Assembly (NCBI GenBank): GCA_020346185.1
Contig: CP070775.1
Coordinates: 918,297 to 982,296, forward strand
Direction: 5' to 3'
DNA: 64,000 bases
From: Betaproteobacteria bacterium
Lineage (GTDB): Bacteria > Pseudomonadota > Gammaproteobacteria > Burkholderiales > Eutrophovitaceae
Shown here: in pieces, positions 19,256-28,809 of the stretch
Numbering within the stretch: position 1 is the first letter of the stretch
Layout of the letters: the number at the start of each line of letters is the position of its first letter
Program-made: the position numbers and the translations under genes
The notes under the pieces: model-generated
The model's input: the letters and a program-made list of their open reading frames with translations, nothing else
The model's database searches: none
What the model was told of the DNA's origin: nothing

Positions 19256-20725
19256 TCACCTCCCCATCATCTGATTTTCCAAGGCCGGGACCGCACGCAC
19301 CGTGCTTTCCTCCTCGGGCTCCTGTGAACGCGCACGCGCCACCCAACGCTCAATTGCAAGCGGGACGAAAATCAAGATGTCATAGGAGGCAATCAGCAGT
19401 TTGCCGGTCTCGCGAATCAGGTTGGCGCCAAGGCGCAAGAGGAAAGCGCACCCCCGCAATGACTGAACAAAGACCGCACCCAGCACGATACGCCCGGCGT
19501 GAATGAAGTACTCGAGCGGAATCGCCACGAATGCCAGCGCAAACGGCAGCGTGAATCCGAGAATCATTTGCCCGAAGGTCGGAATCCTCGTCACCCAACC
19601 GGAATCGGCCGCACCGCCTGCTTCTCCGCTACTGAGCGATTGTTTCAATGCGACGTCGGCGGCGACAATGGTGTCTCGCATGACTGCCAGAGCAACCTCG
19701 ACTCCCGCCAGAATCACCAGGATGATCAGCGATGCCCACATCAGATAGCGGCGCATCTTCTCATTCATATTTCCCAGCGGAAACAGACTAGTGAAACGCA
19801 ATGTTTCCATCAAGAACAGACCCATCAGCGCTTCAAACAGGATGATCACCAACGCTGCCACCTCTGCTGCACGCAGATTCGCTGTAATGTAATCACCGCC
19901 GCCGACCATTGCGGACATTGGCAGTGAAATCAGTTTGAAGTTAACGTACGCACCACCGAAAGCGATCAGCATCACCAAGCCGGAAATGAAGAACTGAGTC
20001 GATGCAGATGAGGTCAGCGCGTTCTCCGTCTCGATACTCTTGCCGAAGATTCCCTGCAACTTGATGACATTGGAATCAATTTTCGCTGCGCTGTCGTGCA
20101 AACCAGTGATGTTTCTGTCGACGCGCTGTAGCGTCTGGCTCGCAGAGCGCCAAAATGGCAGGGAACGCTTGAGTATGTGGTGTCGCTCCTGATAGGCACC
20201 CCGGTAGGCAGCGATGATTTTCTTGTAGATATCGTCTATCGAGTCACGGATGTCGGCAAGTATGCGCTCCACCACGCCGTCACCGTTGTTCTTGATCTTG
20301 GCGAATCCGTCAACTGCCTTGACCCACTCGGGCGGTGGCGGCGGCACCTCGCCGCTCTGTTTGTAGTCTTCCTCGACCCTGGCGATCTCATCCATGAGTT
20401 TGCGCTGCATCACCGGATAGCCCTCCAGGTCGCGCTGAACGAGGGTCGTCACGCGTTCGAATTCGCGCTCAATCGACAAACGGACTTCGCGGCTCCCATG
20501 TGCAAACAAGACTTCTCGATTGCGCTCGCGCATCTTGACGGCAGTCTCTGACAGCCAGCGCGAAATCAGTCGCAGCGGGTTGACCAGGGCGCGCACCATT
20601 CTGGCGATCAATGCGTGTATTGGGGCACGAGCCACGTAAAGAAATGGCACCGCAATGACAAACAGCACGAGAAAGGAAAGTGCCGGCCTATCGGGCCAGA
20701 TCAAAATGGTTTCTGCTAACGACAT
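19256..20725 (-). CDS. Hypothetical polytopic membrane protein (1 TM + ~230-aa soluble helical region + ~6 TM)
   Basis: ORF 19256..20884 trimmed to ATG 20725 (AAGGGGA upstream; MSLAETILIWPD...). Clear TM segments; PPPPP motif in the soluble part. I recognise no family. Confidence 0.7.
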   Translation of the reverse strand: MSLAETILIWPDRPALSFLVLFVIAVPFLYVARAPIHALIARMVRALVNPLRLISRWLSETAVKMRERNREVLFAHGSREVRLSIEREFERVTTLVQRDLEGYPVMQRKLMDEIARVEEDYKQSGEVPPPPPEWVKAVDGFAKIKNNGDGVVERILADIRDSIDDIYKKIIAAYRGAYQERHHILKRSLPFWRSASQTLQRVDRNITGLHDSAAKIDSNVIKLQGIFGKSIETENALTSSASTQFFISGLVMLIAFGGAYVNFKLISLPMSAMVGGGDYITANLRAAEVAALVIILFEALMGLFLMETLRFTSLFPLGNMNEKMRRYLMWASLIILVILAGVEVALAVMRDTIVAADVALKQSLSSGEAGGAADSGWVTRIPTFGQMILGFTLPFALAFVAIPLEYFIHAGRIVLGAVFVQSLRGCAFLLRLGANLIRETGKLLIASYDILIFVPLAIERWVARARSQEPEEESTVRAVPALENQMMGR

Positions 20726-21151
20726 ATTGTTCCCCTTGGGTCCGTATTCTTGCCCAACCTGACGGTTATTCCTGGACCGTGCGTACGGCATGCCGAGGCT
20801 GTCGCTCGAAGGAAAGGGCAGACAAGACAGCCTTGCAACCCCCGCGCCATACATCCGCTCACGGCAGCAGTCGTGCGGCGACAACAGGGGGCAACATGTA
20901 GCTATCTGTTAAATTGAGCCAAGTCCCCCAAAAACGGCCAAAATGAAATTTTGGCGGTGATTCGGTTCGTCGTCGCGAGACGACGCCTGCCGCCGCGATT
21001 GGTCAGTATTGACGAGACTCGCGCACGAATGCGGCGGTTGCCAGATTTGTTCTATGGATCATCCCGTTACCATCCCGGCTGGGTCGCGACACGGCGAACG
21101 AAGACGCCATCCGACGGACAGGCGGCACCTGTGAGAAAAAGTGAGATCCGT

Positions 21152-22180
21152 ATGAAAGCAGTTTCCCGATAAATTATTGCTGTCACAGGCACTGCGCATC
21201 GGGGAACTGGAGAAACCGGCACCGCGGCCGGGCGAAGTCGTAAATCCGCATGCGCCACGCGGCCCGCAACTACCGAGATCTAATCGCCGCAGCCGGTTCG
21301 CTGGGAAGCGCTCAGCAATCTAAGCCATTGATTCCTCCATCTGACGGAGCCGGAGAAATCGCCGCGATCGGCACAGCTGTAATCCGCTGGCGGGAACATG
21401 ACCGCGTGGTGGACAGTTTCTTTCAGATTTGGGTCGATGGCCGATGTCTGCCTCAGCACATACAGTCTGCACTGGGCGGCAGTATCGACGGCCCACGCGC
21501 CGAACATCGTGTCTTCCCGCAACACGCATTGGTGAGGATACCGATGCACGATTCATATCTGCGTGCTGCAACGCCACCATGCGCCGCGCTGACCGCCCGG
21601 CACGCGCTATTCGAGAAGACGCCGCTGCTACCCGCAGACACCGTGCTGGTGTTGGGGACAGGGGGGTGTCACACTACTCGCATTGCAGTTCGCCCCCATT
21701 GCCGGCGCCAAGATTCTTGCCACCCCCGCCACCGACGAGACACTGGCTCGCATGGAACAACTCGGTCGATCGGGGCTGATCAATTACCGGGCGCGGCCCG
21801 ACCGGGATCACGCAGTGCCCGAACTGACCGAAGGCACCGGCGTCGACCGGGTTATCGAAGTCGGCGGTGAAGCCACATTGCAGCGTTCCCCCGTGGCGGC
21901 TGGAACCGCCGGTCACGTGAGCCTAATTGGCCGTCTGAGCCGCGTCACAGACCGTGTCGACCCGCGCCCGATCACGACAAAAAGTCCGAACGTACAAGGC
22001 ATCTACGCTGACAGTATCGCAATGGTCGAACGCATGATCCGCCGCATCGCCGCGAGCGGCGTGCGGCCCGTCATCGGCTGCTCGTTCATCATCGATGACG
22101 CCCTACAGTGCTCCGGTCACCTGCAGGCGGCGAGGCATTTTGGCAAGGTCGTGATCGTGCTCCGATCATCCGCGCAGTGA
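21152..22180 (+). pseudogene. Zn-type alcohol dehydrogenase / quinone oxidoreductase (MDR family), disrupted by at least three frameshifts
   Basis: MDR-like segments are spread over three frames: MKAVSR* (ATG 21152); LRIGELEKPAPRPGEVV; RNYRDLIAAAG...PLIPPSDGAGEI...LPADTVLVLGTGG (ORF 21250..); and LQFAPIAGAKILAT...GVDRVIEVGG...HFGKVVIV (ORF 21683..22180). An extra A lies near 21242 and a G6 run at 21661-21666 sits at the shift points. Confidence 0.8.
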
Positions 22181-22462
22181 CGGCTCGCCTTTCGCACCAG
22201 GCACATGACGCTGTTCGTCCCGAGCGGCCAACAGCGTGACGCGACACGCGCGACACGGCATCGAGATGCGGCAACGCAACAAGCGGCTCAGCGACATCCC
22301 GGAAGAATCGCTGGCAGCCATTCGACGAGAGTGCCAAATTCAACCATATTGACCCCGGCAAAACTTTTTTTTGCGCTCACGGTGTCAAAAAGCACCGATA
22401 CTGCGTTGACAGACCGAACGACTCGGGATTAGCGTATGTGTCGCCTGCGACGCGATATAAAC

Positions 22463-22502
22463 ATCGCAGCAAAAATCGCAGCAAAAGCGTCGCAATGCAA
22501 AA
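22463..22502. repeat. Tandem 12-bp repeat in the leader of the amidohydrolase gene
   Basis: ATCGCAGCAAAA occurs at 22463-22474 and again, identical, at 22475-22486. A degenerate third copy (TCGCAATGCAAAA) follows. Confidence 0.9.
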
Positions 22503-22585
22503 CAAACGGCATGTCGCTGGCGTCGCAGAGAACGCGCTGGCCGACACGCAGAACCAAAAAACAACCCAAGGAGGGGAGCGCCACA

Positions 22586-23911
22586 ATGGAGTTCAATATC
22601 CTGAGTCACTTCAAGGGCCTGGAAGAAATGCCGACGGATCCGCTCAAGGCTGATGAGATCGGCACTTCGCTGTTCCTGACCGGCAACATGGGGCCGCGGA
22701 TCTCCGAGAAAATAGACGAGAAAGCGAAGGCGGCGGGCATGTCGCGCCGAAACTTCATCAAGTCCTCACTGGGCTTCTCGGCGGCAATGCTGGCCGCCAA
22801 CGAAGTTACCGGCATGAAGTTCTTTGAAGTCGGCACAGCCGAGGCGGCGGACATCGATGCCAAGAAAGAAGCCATCAAGCTTGCTCAAGCCAGCAACAAC
22901 TTCATCGTTGACGTGCACACGCACGTGTGCACCCGGCCTGGCCATTACCAACTCGGTGTCAACACCAGCGAGCGCGGCATGTGGTTCGTGCAACTGCTCG
23001 ACGATCTCGGCAAAGCCTTCGGGATGGTCAATGGAACACGTGACATGAACGTCGAGAATTACGGCAAGATGATTCTCAAGGAAAGCGACACGACGGTAGG
23101 CGTGTTCAATCCCTTCGGTTTCCGCGAGGATTACGGTGGCCAGGACATGATTCCCATCGAATATCAGGTCGGCGTCCGTAACAACTGGCCAGACAACACC
23201 ATCATGCTGGCCGGTGGTTTGACACCGAACCAGGGAGTGGGTGCCACTCTCGACCGTCTGCGTCAGTATGTTGACGATTACAAGATTTCCGGCCTGAAGC
23301 TGTACACGTTTGACTCCACGCCCCAGAAGGGCTGGTGGTTCGACGACGAAAAGCGGGCCTATCCGATTTGGGAAGAGTGCCGCAAGCTCGGTGTCAAGAA
23401 CATTGGCTGCCACAAGGGCATTCCATTCGGTCAGTTCTACGCACGCTACGCACACGTCGAGGATTTTGACGCGACTGCCGATGACTTCCTTGACCTGAAC
23501 TTCATCGCCTTCCATTCGGCGTGGCCGTATCACAATGAGCTGGCGGCACTGAAAGGCTTCAAGCCACAGCGGAAGAATCTGTACTGCGAAATCGGCTCAA
23601 CCTTTGCAGCCACGGTAACCAGCCGGCCGCTGGAGTGCGCTCATGTGATCGGCACCCTGCTGCGCGATCTCGGCCCGGATTACGTCCTGTGGGGCACCGA
23701 CTCGCTGCTGTGGGGTAACCCGCAATGGCAGATCGAAGCCTTCCGCAACTTCCAGATTCCTGATGAACTGGTCGAGGGCCACGGGTATCCGAAGATCACA
23801 CCGGAAATTCGTCGCAAGGTCTTTGGCGAAAACGCTGCTCGCCTGTGGAACATCGACAAGCGGCGCGCCATGACCGCCAAAGCCGAGCTAATGGCAACTG
23901 CGCACGCGTAA
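22586..23911 (+). CDS. Amidohydrolase-family protein with internal twin-arginine signal motif
   Basis: ORF 22436..23911 trimmed to ATG 22586 (AAGGAGG 8 nt upstream). The Tat motif SRRNFIKSSLGFSAAMLAA begins at residue ~53. Metal-binding motif FIVDVHTHV. An alternative start is ATG 22739. Confidence 0.85.
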   Translation: MEFNILSHFKGLEEMPTDPLKADEIGTSLFLTGNMGPRISEKIDEKAKAAGMSRRNFIKSSLGFSAAMLAANEVTGMKFFEVGTAEAADIDAKKEAIKLAQASNNFIVDVHTHVCTRPGHYQLGVNTSERGMWFVQLLDDLGKAFGMVNGTRDMNVENYGKMILKESDTTVGVFNPFGFREDYGGQDMIPIEYQVGVRNNWPDNTIMLAGGLTPNQGVGATLDRLRQYVDDYKISGLKLYTFDSTPQKGWWFDDEKRAYPIWEECRKLGVKNIGCHKGIPFGQFYARYAHVEDFDATADDFLDLNFIAFHSAWPYHNELAALKGFKPQRKNLYCEIGSTFAATVTSRPLECAHVIGTLLRDLGPDYVLWGTDSLLWGNPQWQIEAFRNFQIPDELVEGHGYPKITPEIRRKVFGENAARLWNIDKRRAMTAKAELMATAHA

Positions 23912-23938
23912 CACGCAAGAGGTCCGTCTCGCGTGACG

Positions 23939-23976
23939 GGGGCCGATTCCGGCAACGGGGTCGGCCCCTTCTAATT
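23939..23976 (+). terminator. Rho-independent terminator after the amidohydrolase gene
   Basis: GGGGCCGA ... TCGGCCCC perfect 8-bp stem (23939-23946 / 23961-23968) followed by TTCTAATT. Confidence 0.6.
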
Positions 23977-24040
23977 GCGTATCATGCTGGCTTTTGCCGG
24001 CCCCGGATCAACTCGGGGCAGTTCACATGGAGTTGGAGAA

Positions 24041-24334
24041 GTGCCAATTTACGAGTACGCATGCGATCCATGCAAAATCATTTACCGAACCAGGCACGGC
24101 ATCAACGACGCGCGTCCTGACACTTGCCGGGAGTGCAAGGGAGGGTTGCGCAAGTTGATCTCGGCACCGAGCCTGAATACCAAGCGGTTCACCAGTCCTA
24201 CCCAGGAAAAATACGCCAGGCTCTCGCCCAGCGATGAACTGGCGATGGAGAACGATCTTCAAAAGGTGTACAAGACGATATGGGTTCCTCCCGAGGTCAA
24301 ACACAGCCCATGGGACGACGATCACGATCACTGA
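24041..24334 (+). CDS. FmdB-family zinc-ribbon protein
   Basis: ORF 23975..24334 trimmed to GTG 24041 (GGAG upstream). Signature (M/V)PIYEYACDPC ... CRECKG, i.e. two CxxC pairs. Confidence 0.75.
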   Translation: MPIYEYACDPCKIIYRTRHGINDARPDTCRECKGGLRKLISAPSLNTKRFTSPTQEKYARLSPSDELAMENDLQKVYKTIWVPPEVKHSPWDDDHDH

Positions 24335-25791
24335 TGGCCGTGAAAGCAATTCGCCGCCCCCGACGACAATGGTCGCGAGGGAAGACAGTATCGCTGTTCT
24401 GTGCCGTCCTGCTTTTGGCCGGTGCGGCAGGGACGATGCATCCGGACGCGCTCACAGCGGGAACGATCTGGACCAGCGCGGAACATAGCGATACGGCGTA
24501 TAGCATTCCAATCGCTCAGTTGAGCAAGAAACAGGGCCGACGCTTCGCCGCAGGACGGGAAGCCTTCAACGAGGCTTGGGTAGTAGCGCCCGATCCCGGC
24601 GTATGGGGGCTCGGCCCCACTTTCAACGAGGATCGCTGTTCGCATTGCCACGAAGCGAACGGACGCTCGCCGGCGGTGGCCGATGGCAGCGAAGCGGTAC
24701 GCGGCCCGCTGGTTCGGCTGAGCATTGCCGGCACGGACGAGTTTGGCGCGCCGTCACCGCATCCGGTCTATGGCGACCAATTTCAAAACCGCGGCATCGA
24801 GGGCCGTGTTCCGGCGGAAGGAAAAGTCATCATCAACTATGCTGCGCGCGAAGTGCAGTTGGCCGATGGCGAAGTCATTTCACTGCGCAAACCCGACATT
24901 GAGTTCGCAGAATTGCAGTTTGGGGAAATTGCTGAACCCACCATGACATCGCTACGAGTCGCGCCACAACTAGTCGGTCTTGGGCTGCTCGAAGCAGTAC
25001 CTGAAGAGACGCTTCTGGCAATCGCCAAGCGTCAGACCAAGCTAGGCGTGAGCGGCAGGCCGAACTACGTTTGGGACGTCGAAAACGAACGCCGCGCCAT
25101 GGGCCGATTCGGTTGGAAAGCAAATCAGCCGAGCGTGCGACAACAGGTTGCCGCAGCTTTTATCGGCGATATTGGTGCAACAACCTACCTGTTCCAGGCA
25201 GAAAATTGCCCTGCGGCACAAGAAGAATGTAACGACACACCCTCGGCCGCGTTGTGCGGAGGGCAAGGCGGTTGCCGGGGAAATACCTTCCGGCCCGAGG
25301 TCAATCCGAGCAGGTTAACCAACATATCCCTTTACCTGCGTACGCTGGCGGTACCAGCACGCAGAAACGTGAACGACCCCGCGGTCAGGCACGGTCGAGA
25401 ACTGTTTGAGCAGGCACAGTGTAGCGTCTGCCATGTTCCGGAGCTGAAGACTGCTGGTGCCGGCCAACTGCCGCATGACATCAAGGCTGCCGCCGAGGTC
25501 ACGATTCGGCCTTACACCGACATGTTGCTGCATGACATGGGGCCTGAACTGGCCGATGGTAGACCGGACTTCGAGGCGAGTGGCAGCGAATGGCGCACAC
25601 CGCCGTTGTGGGGTATCGGATTGCTGCGCACTGTCAACGGACACAGTGATCTGCTTCACGATGGTCGGGCACGCAACGTCACTGAAGCCATCTTGTGGCA
25701 CGGCGGTGAGGCGCAAGCGGCGCGCGATCGATTCAGGCACATGTCGAGCGCAGACCGGGCGGCACTGGTGAAATTCGTCGAATCGCTGTAG
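24334..25791 (+). CDS. Di-haem cytochrome c family oxidoreductase (DUF1111 / putative peroxidase type), exported
   Basis: ORF 24280..25791 trimmed to ATG 24334, which overlaps the zinc-ribbon stop (TGATG). Signal/anchor sequence VSLFCAVLLLAGAAG. Two CxxCH haem motifs (CSHCH, CSVCH). Confidence 0.85.
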   Translation: MAVKAIRRPRRQWSRGKTVSLFCAVLLLAGAAGTMHPDALTAGTIWTSAEHSDTAYSIPIAQLSKKQGRRFAAGREAFNEAWVVAPDPGVWGLGPTFNEDRCSHCHEANGRSPAVADGSEAVRGPLVRLSIAGTDEFGAPSPHPVYGDQFQNRGIEGRVPAEGKVIINYAAREVQLADGEVISLRKPDIEFAELQFGEIAEPTMTSLRVAPQLVGLGLLEAVPEETLLAIAKRQTKLGVSGRPNYVWDVENERRAMGRFGWKANQPSVRQQVAAAFIGDIGATTYLFQAENCPAAQEECNDTPSAALCGGQGGCRGNTFRPEVNPSRLTNISLYLRTLAVPARRNVNDPAVRHGRELFEQAQCSVCHVPELKTAGAGQLPHDIKAAAEVTIRPYTDMLLHDMGPELADGRPDFEASGSEWRTPPLWGIGLLRTVNGHSDLLHDGRARNVTEAILWHGGEAQAARDRFRHMSSADRAALVKFVESL

Positions 25792-25860
25792 TTACGCCAC
25801 AGCTAACAGACGACCGCTGCGCGATATGGGCAGCCGACAGGGAGCTTGGTTGCCCCCTTA

Positions 25861-27477
25861 TCAGCCGCCCATATCGCGCAGCGCCCGCCGAATTATCTTG
25901 CCCGTTGCGGTCTCAGGCAGGGCATCCATGTAGTGCACCTCGCGCGGGTACTCATGAGCCGACAGGCGCGTGCGCACATACTGCTGTAGCTCACGCGTGA
26001 GCCCATCGCTGGCTTCGATGCCGCCGCGCAGCACAACATAAGCTTTGACGATCTCGGTTCGCACCGAATCCGGCTTGCCAACTACGGCAGCCATTCGCAC
26101 CGCCGGGTGAGACAACAAACAGTCTTCGATGGGTCCAGGCCCAATCCGATAGCCAGCGCTGGTAATGACATCATCATCGCGCCCGACAAAAGTGAAAAAG
26201 CCTTGCTCATCTTTCACGCCCATATCGCCAGTGACCAACCAGTCACCGATGAATTTGGCCTGCGTTGCCGGCGCGTTGTTCCAGTATTCGAGAAACATTA
26301 CCGGATCGGGTGCCCGCACCGCAATTCTTCCCTGTTCTCCCGCCTGCACAATATCGCCTTGCTCGTCGATGACCGCAACCCGATGCCCTGGCGCCGCCTT
26401 GCCGATCGCACCCGGTTTGACCTCGAACAAGGCCGAGCAAGACGATACGGTCATGTTGCATTCAGTCTGGCCATAGAACTCGTTGATGGTCAGGCCAAGC
26501 TGCTGGCGCGACCAATGCAGCAACTCGATCCCAAGAGACTCGCCACCGCTCGCCAACGAGCGCAAGTTCAGTTTCCACTGCCGCGCTGGGTTATCCACAG
26601 CACGCAGCAATTTCAGCGCGGTGGGGGGCAGGAAGACGTTGCGCACTGCGTGCCTGGCCATCAGGTCAAAGGCAGCTTCCGCGTCGAATTTCTGAAAACG
26701 GCGCGCCACCACCGCTACACCTAGGTGCCAAGCCGCAAACAGCACATCCATCAATCCGCCGATCCACGCCCAGTCGGCTGGTGTCCACAACAAGTCGCCC
26801 TCATAACCAAGAAAATTGTGCGACAGTTCCACGCCGGGCATATGTCCGAGCAGAGTACAGTGCGGTAGCAATGCACCTTTCGGAGCACCCGTGGTTCCGG
26901 AGGTATAAATAATCAAAGCCGGATCCTTTGCAGCGGTCTGAGCCGGCACAAAAGAATCGGACGCATGTTCCAGGAGCCGATGGAAATCGGCGCTGCCAGC
27001 CGTCGGCTGGTCGACGCAGAAGACGTGTTCCAGCTGCGGCAAAGCATGGCGAATCTGGGCGATCTTTTCCGCTCCTGCGGTATCTGTTATGACGGCCTTG
27101 GTGCCGGAATCTGCAAGACGATAGCGCAGCGCATCGAAGCCAAACAGGGCAAAAAGCGGCACGGCAATTGCACCCAGCTTGTATGCGGCAATGTGGGCGA
27201 ACGCGGTTTCGGGCTGCTGTGGCAGCAGGATGGCGACGCGATCACCGCGAACTACGCCGTGAGCAGCGAGCAAATTGGCAGTGCGATTGGACAGAGCGCG
27301 CAGATCATGGAAACTGAAGCGACGTATATCTCTGTCGCTTTTCTCGAAAATCAGAGCCAGTTTGTCACGATCATTGGCCCACTTGTCACAGATGTCGATG
27401 CCAATATTGTAATGATCCGGAATATTCCATGAGAATTCCCTGCACAAAGCCTGATAAGACTGTTGAACGGCTAACAC
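25861..27477 (-). CDS. AMP-dependent acyl-CoA synthetase/ligase
   Basis: ORF 25861..27567. AMP-binding motif IIYTSGTTGAPKG, plus YGQTE and GDMG...GRDDDVI. Start is uncertain: GTG 27477 (GGGAGAG upstream) fits family N-termini better than GTG 27567. Confidence 0.88.
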   Translation of the reverse strand: MLAVQQSYQALCREFSWNIPDHYNIGIDICDKWANDRDKLALIFEKSDRDIRRFSFHDLRALSNRTANLLAAHGVVRGDRVAILLPQQPETAFAHIAAYKLGAIAVPLFALFGFDALRYRLADSGTKAVITDTAGAEKIAQIRHALPQLEHVFCVDQPTAGSADFHRLLEHASDSFVPAQTAAKDPALIIYTSGTTGAPKGALLPHCTLLGHMPGVELSHNFLGYEGDLLWTPADWAWIGGLMDVLFAAWHLGVAVVARRFQKFDAEAAFDLMARHAVRNVFLPPTALKLLRAVDNPARQWKLNLRSLASGGESLGIELLHWSRQQLGLTINEFYGQTECNMTVSSCSALFEVKPGAIGKAAPGHRVAVIDEQGDIVQAGEQGRIAVRAPDPVMFLEYWNNAPATQAKFIGDWLVTGDMGVKDEQGFFTFVGRDDDVITSAGYRIGPGPIEDCLLSHPAVRMAAVVGKPDSVRTEIVKAYVVLRGGIEASDGLTRELQQYVRTRLSAHEYPREVHYMDALPETATGKIIRRALRDMGG

Positions 27478-27652
27478 ACACTCTCTCCCATTGCGAATTT
27501 TGACAACAGTTTGCCCGATCGCGCTTTGTTCGTTAAATCCAGTCGGCTGGTCACCACCAACGCCCACAAGTTGTGATTAATATAGACATTGACCCTCCGT
27601 GCCGTTTCGACGAAAAAGAAGATCCTGCGACTACGTAGGACCAAATCACTGG

Positions 27653-28009
27653 ATGGTGCGGTGTAGACGCATCCTCAAGTTCGGTTGGCTACTGCTCTGT
27701 CTGGCGGCACTGGCCGGCTGGTGGTTCGGATGGGGGTTCGTTGACGGCGCCGGCCAACGAATTGAATATCGCCAGTTCCTCGTCGCGGTCATGGGCGTGC
27801 TGGCGTTTCCCGCTGGCCTGCTTTGGGTTTGGATCGCCTCCAATCTGGAATCTCTGGCTGGATTTGCTGCGCTAGCCGCGGGCGTGCCGCCCGCGTTCTG
27901 GCGTCTGTACGGCCCGGAAGTACTGGCGTGGTTGGGGGCGACCTTGCTCGGGTATATCCAGTGGTTTTGGCTGTTACCATACATCTTCAGGCTGCGCTCG
28001 GGAGGGTAG
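27653..28009 (+). CDS. Hypothetical small membrane protein (3-4 TM, Trp-rich)
   Basis: ORF 27599..28009 trimmed to ATG 27653. Strongly hydrophobic segments (FGWLLLCLAALAGWWFGWGF, LVAVMGVLAFPAGLLWVWIA, VLAWLGATLLGYIQWFWLL). Confidence 0.55.
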   Translation: MVRCRRILKFGWLLLCLAALAGWWFGWGFVDGAGQRIEYRQFLVAVMGVLAFPAGLLWVWIASNLESLAGFAALAAGVPPAFWRLYGPEVLAWLGATLLGYIQWFWLLPYIFRLRSGG

Positions 28010-28253
28010 CACCGTATGCCGCCGACCATACAAAACGACTAGGCCGCTGCGGTCAGGAACCTTGCGCGCGCCATAGAGTCACACCTTGAAACTGAATAAG
28101 CTTGCCTCAATTTATCCAAAGGGGCGTGATTCGATTCTGGGCACGCAACGTGGTATGTTCATACAGTCGCGTCTCGACTGCACACAAACCTGTCCAGAGC
28201 GAGTTTTTAAGGGTTTATTAGGCATTAGCCTTCAAAGAATCTGCGAGGTATCG

Positions 28254-28613
28254 ATGAGCCTGAAAATCCGCAATCAGGACCTTTCTGCGGCTGAACTATC
28301 CTTTCTCAAATGGCAGTACGGTTTCGAGGAAGACGACGATCCATTCGAGATTTCCCTATGGCAAACAATCATGCGTGCTTGGGAGTCAGACAACGCGCCA
28401 TCCATGTCGCAGACCAAGAGAATGGAACACCTCAGCCGGCTTGGTTCGGCCGACGCATATCCGGAGCACGTATCGCTCTACATCAAGTTCAAGTCCGATC
28501 ATAGCGACCGTTTCTGGCGCGAACTGATCACGCGTGCCGGACTCGCGGACCGTCGTAAGCAAAAAGCAGCGGCGCCGGTCGAGCGCAGACGCCGGGCCAG
28601 AGCAACGGCCTGA
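28254..28613 (+). CDS. Hypothetical protein (119 aa; acidic core, basic tail)
   Basis: ORF 28086..28613 trimmed to ATG 28254 (GAGG upstream). Lies in a visibly AT-richer stretch. I recognise no family. Confidence 0.45.
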   Translation: MSLKIRNQDLSAAELSFLKWQYGFEEDDDPFEISLWQTIMRAWESDNAPSMSQTKRMEHLSRLGSADAYPEHVSLYIKFKSDHSDRFWRELITRAGLADRRKQKAAAPVERRRRARATA

Positions 28614-28771
28614 GCTCGAGGCAGTAGTGCTCTGTCGGCCAATACGATTAGGCCGCGAGCTGGCCCTGCCGCCGCCGGACTCGAACGAGACGTCAAACAC
28701 GCCACGTCTGCACCTAGACATGCTCTGAAAGCCAGCAAAAAAGCCGGACTGAGAAGCCGCGCAAAAACCCG

Positions 28772-28806
28772 GAGGCCATCTCATTTGAGGTGGCCTCTTT
28801 TTATTT
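28772..28806. terminator. Strong hairpin terminator (apparently bidirectional)
   Basis: GAGGCCATCTC-attt-GAGGTGGCCTC (11-bp stem with one G-U) followed by TTTTTATTT. An A-rich run and CCGG lie on the other side. Confidence 0.65.
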
Positions 28807-28809
28807 GGG

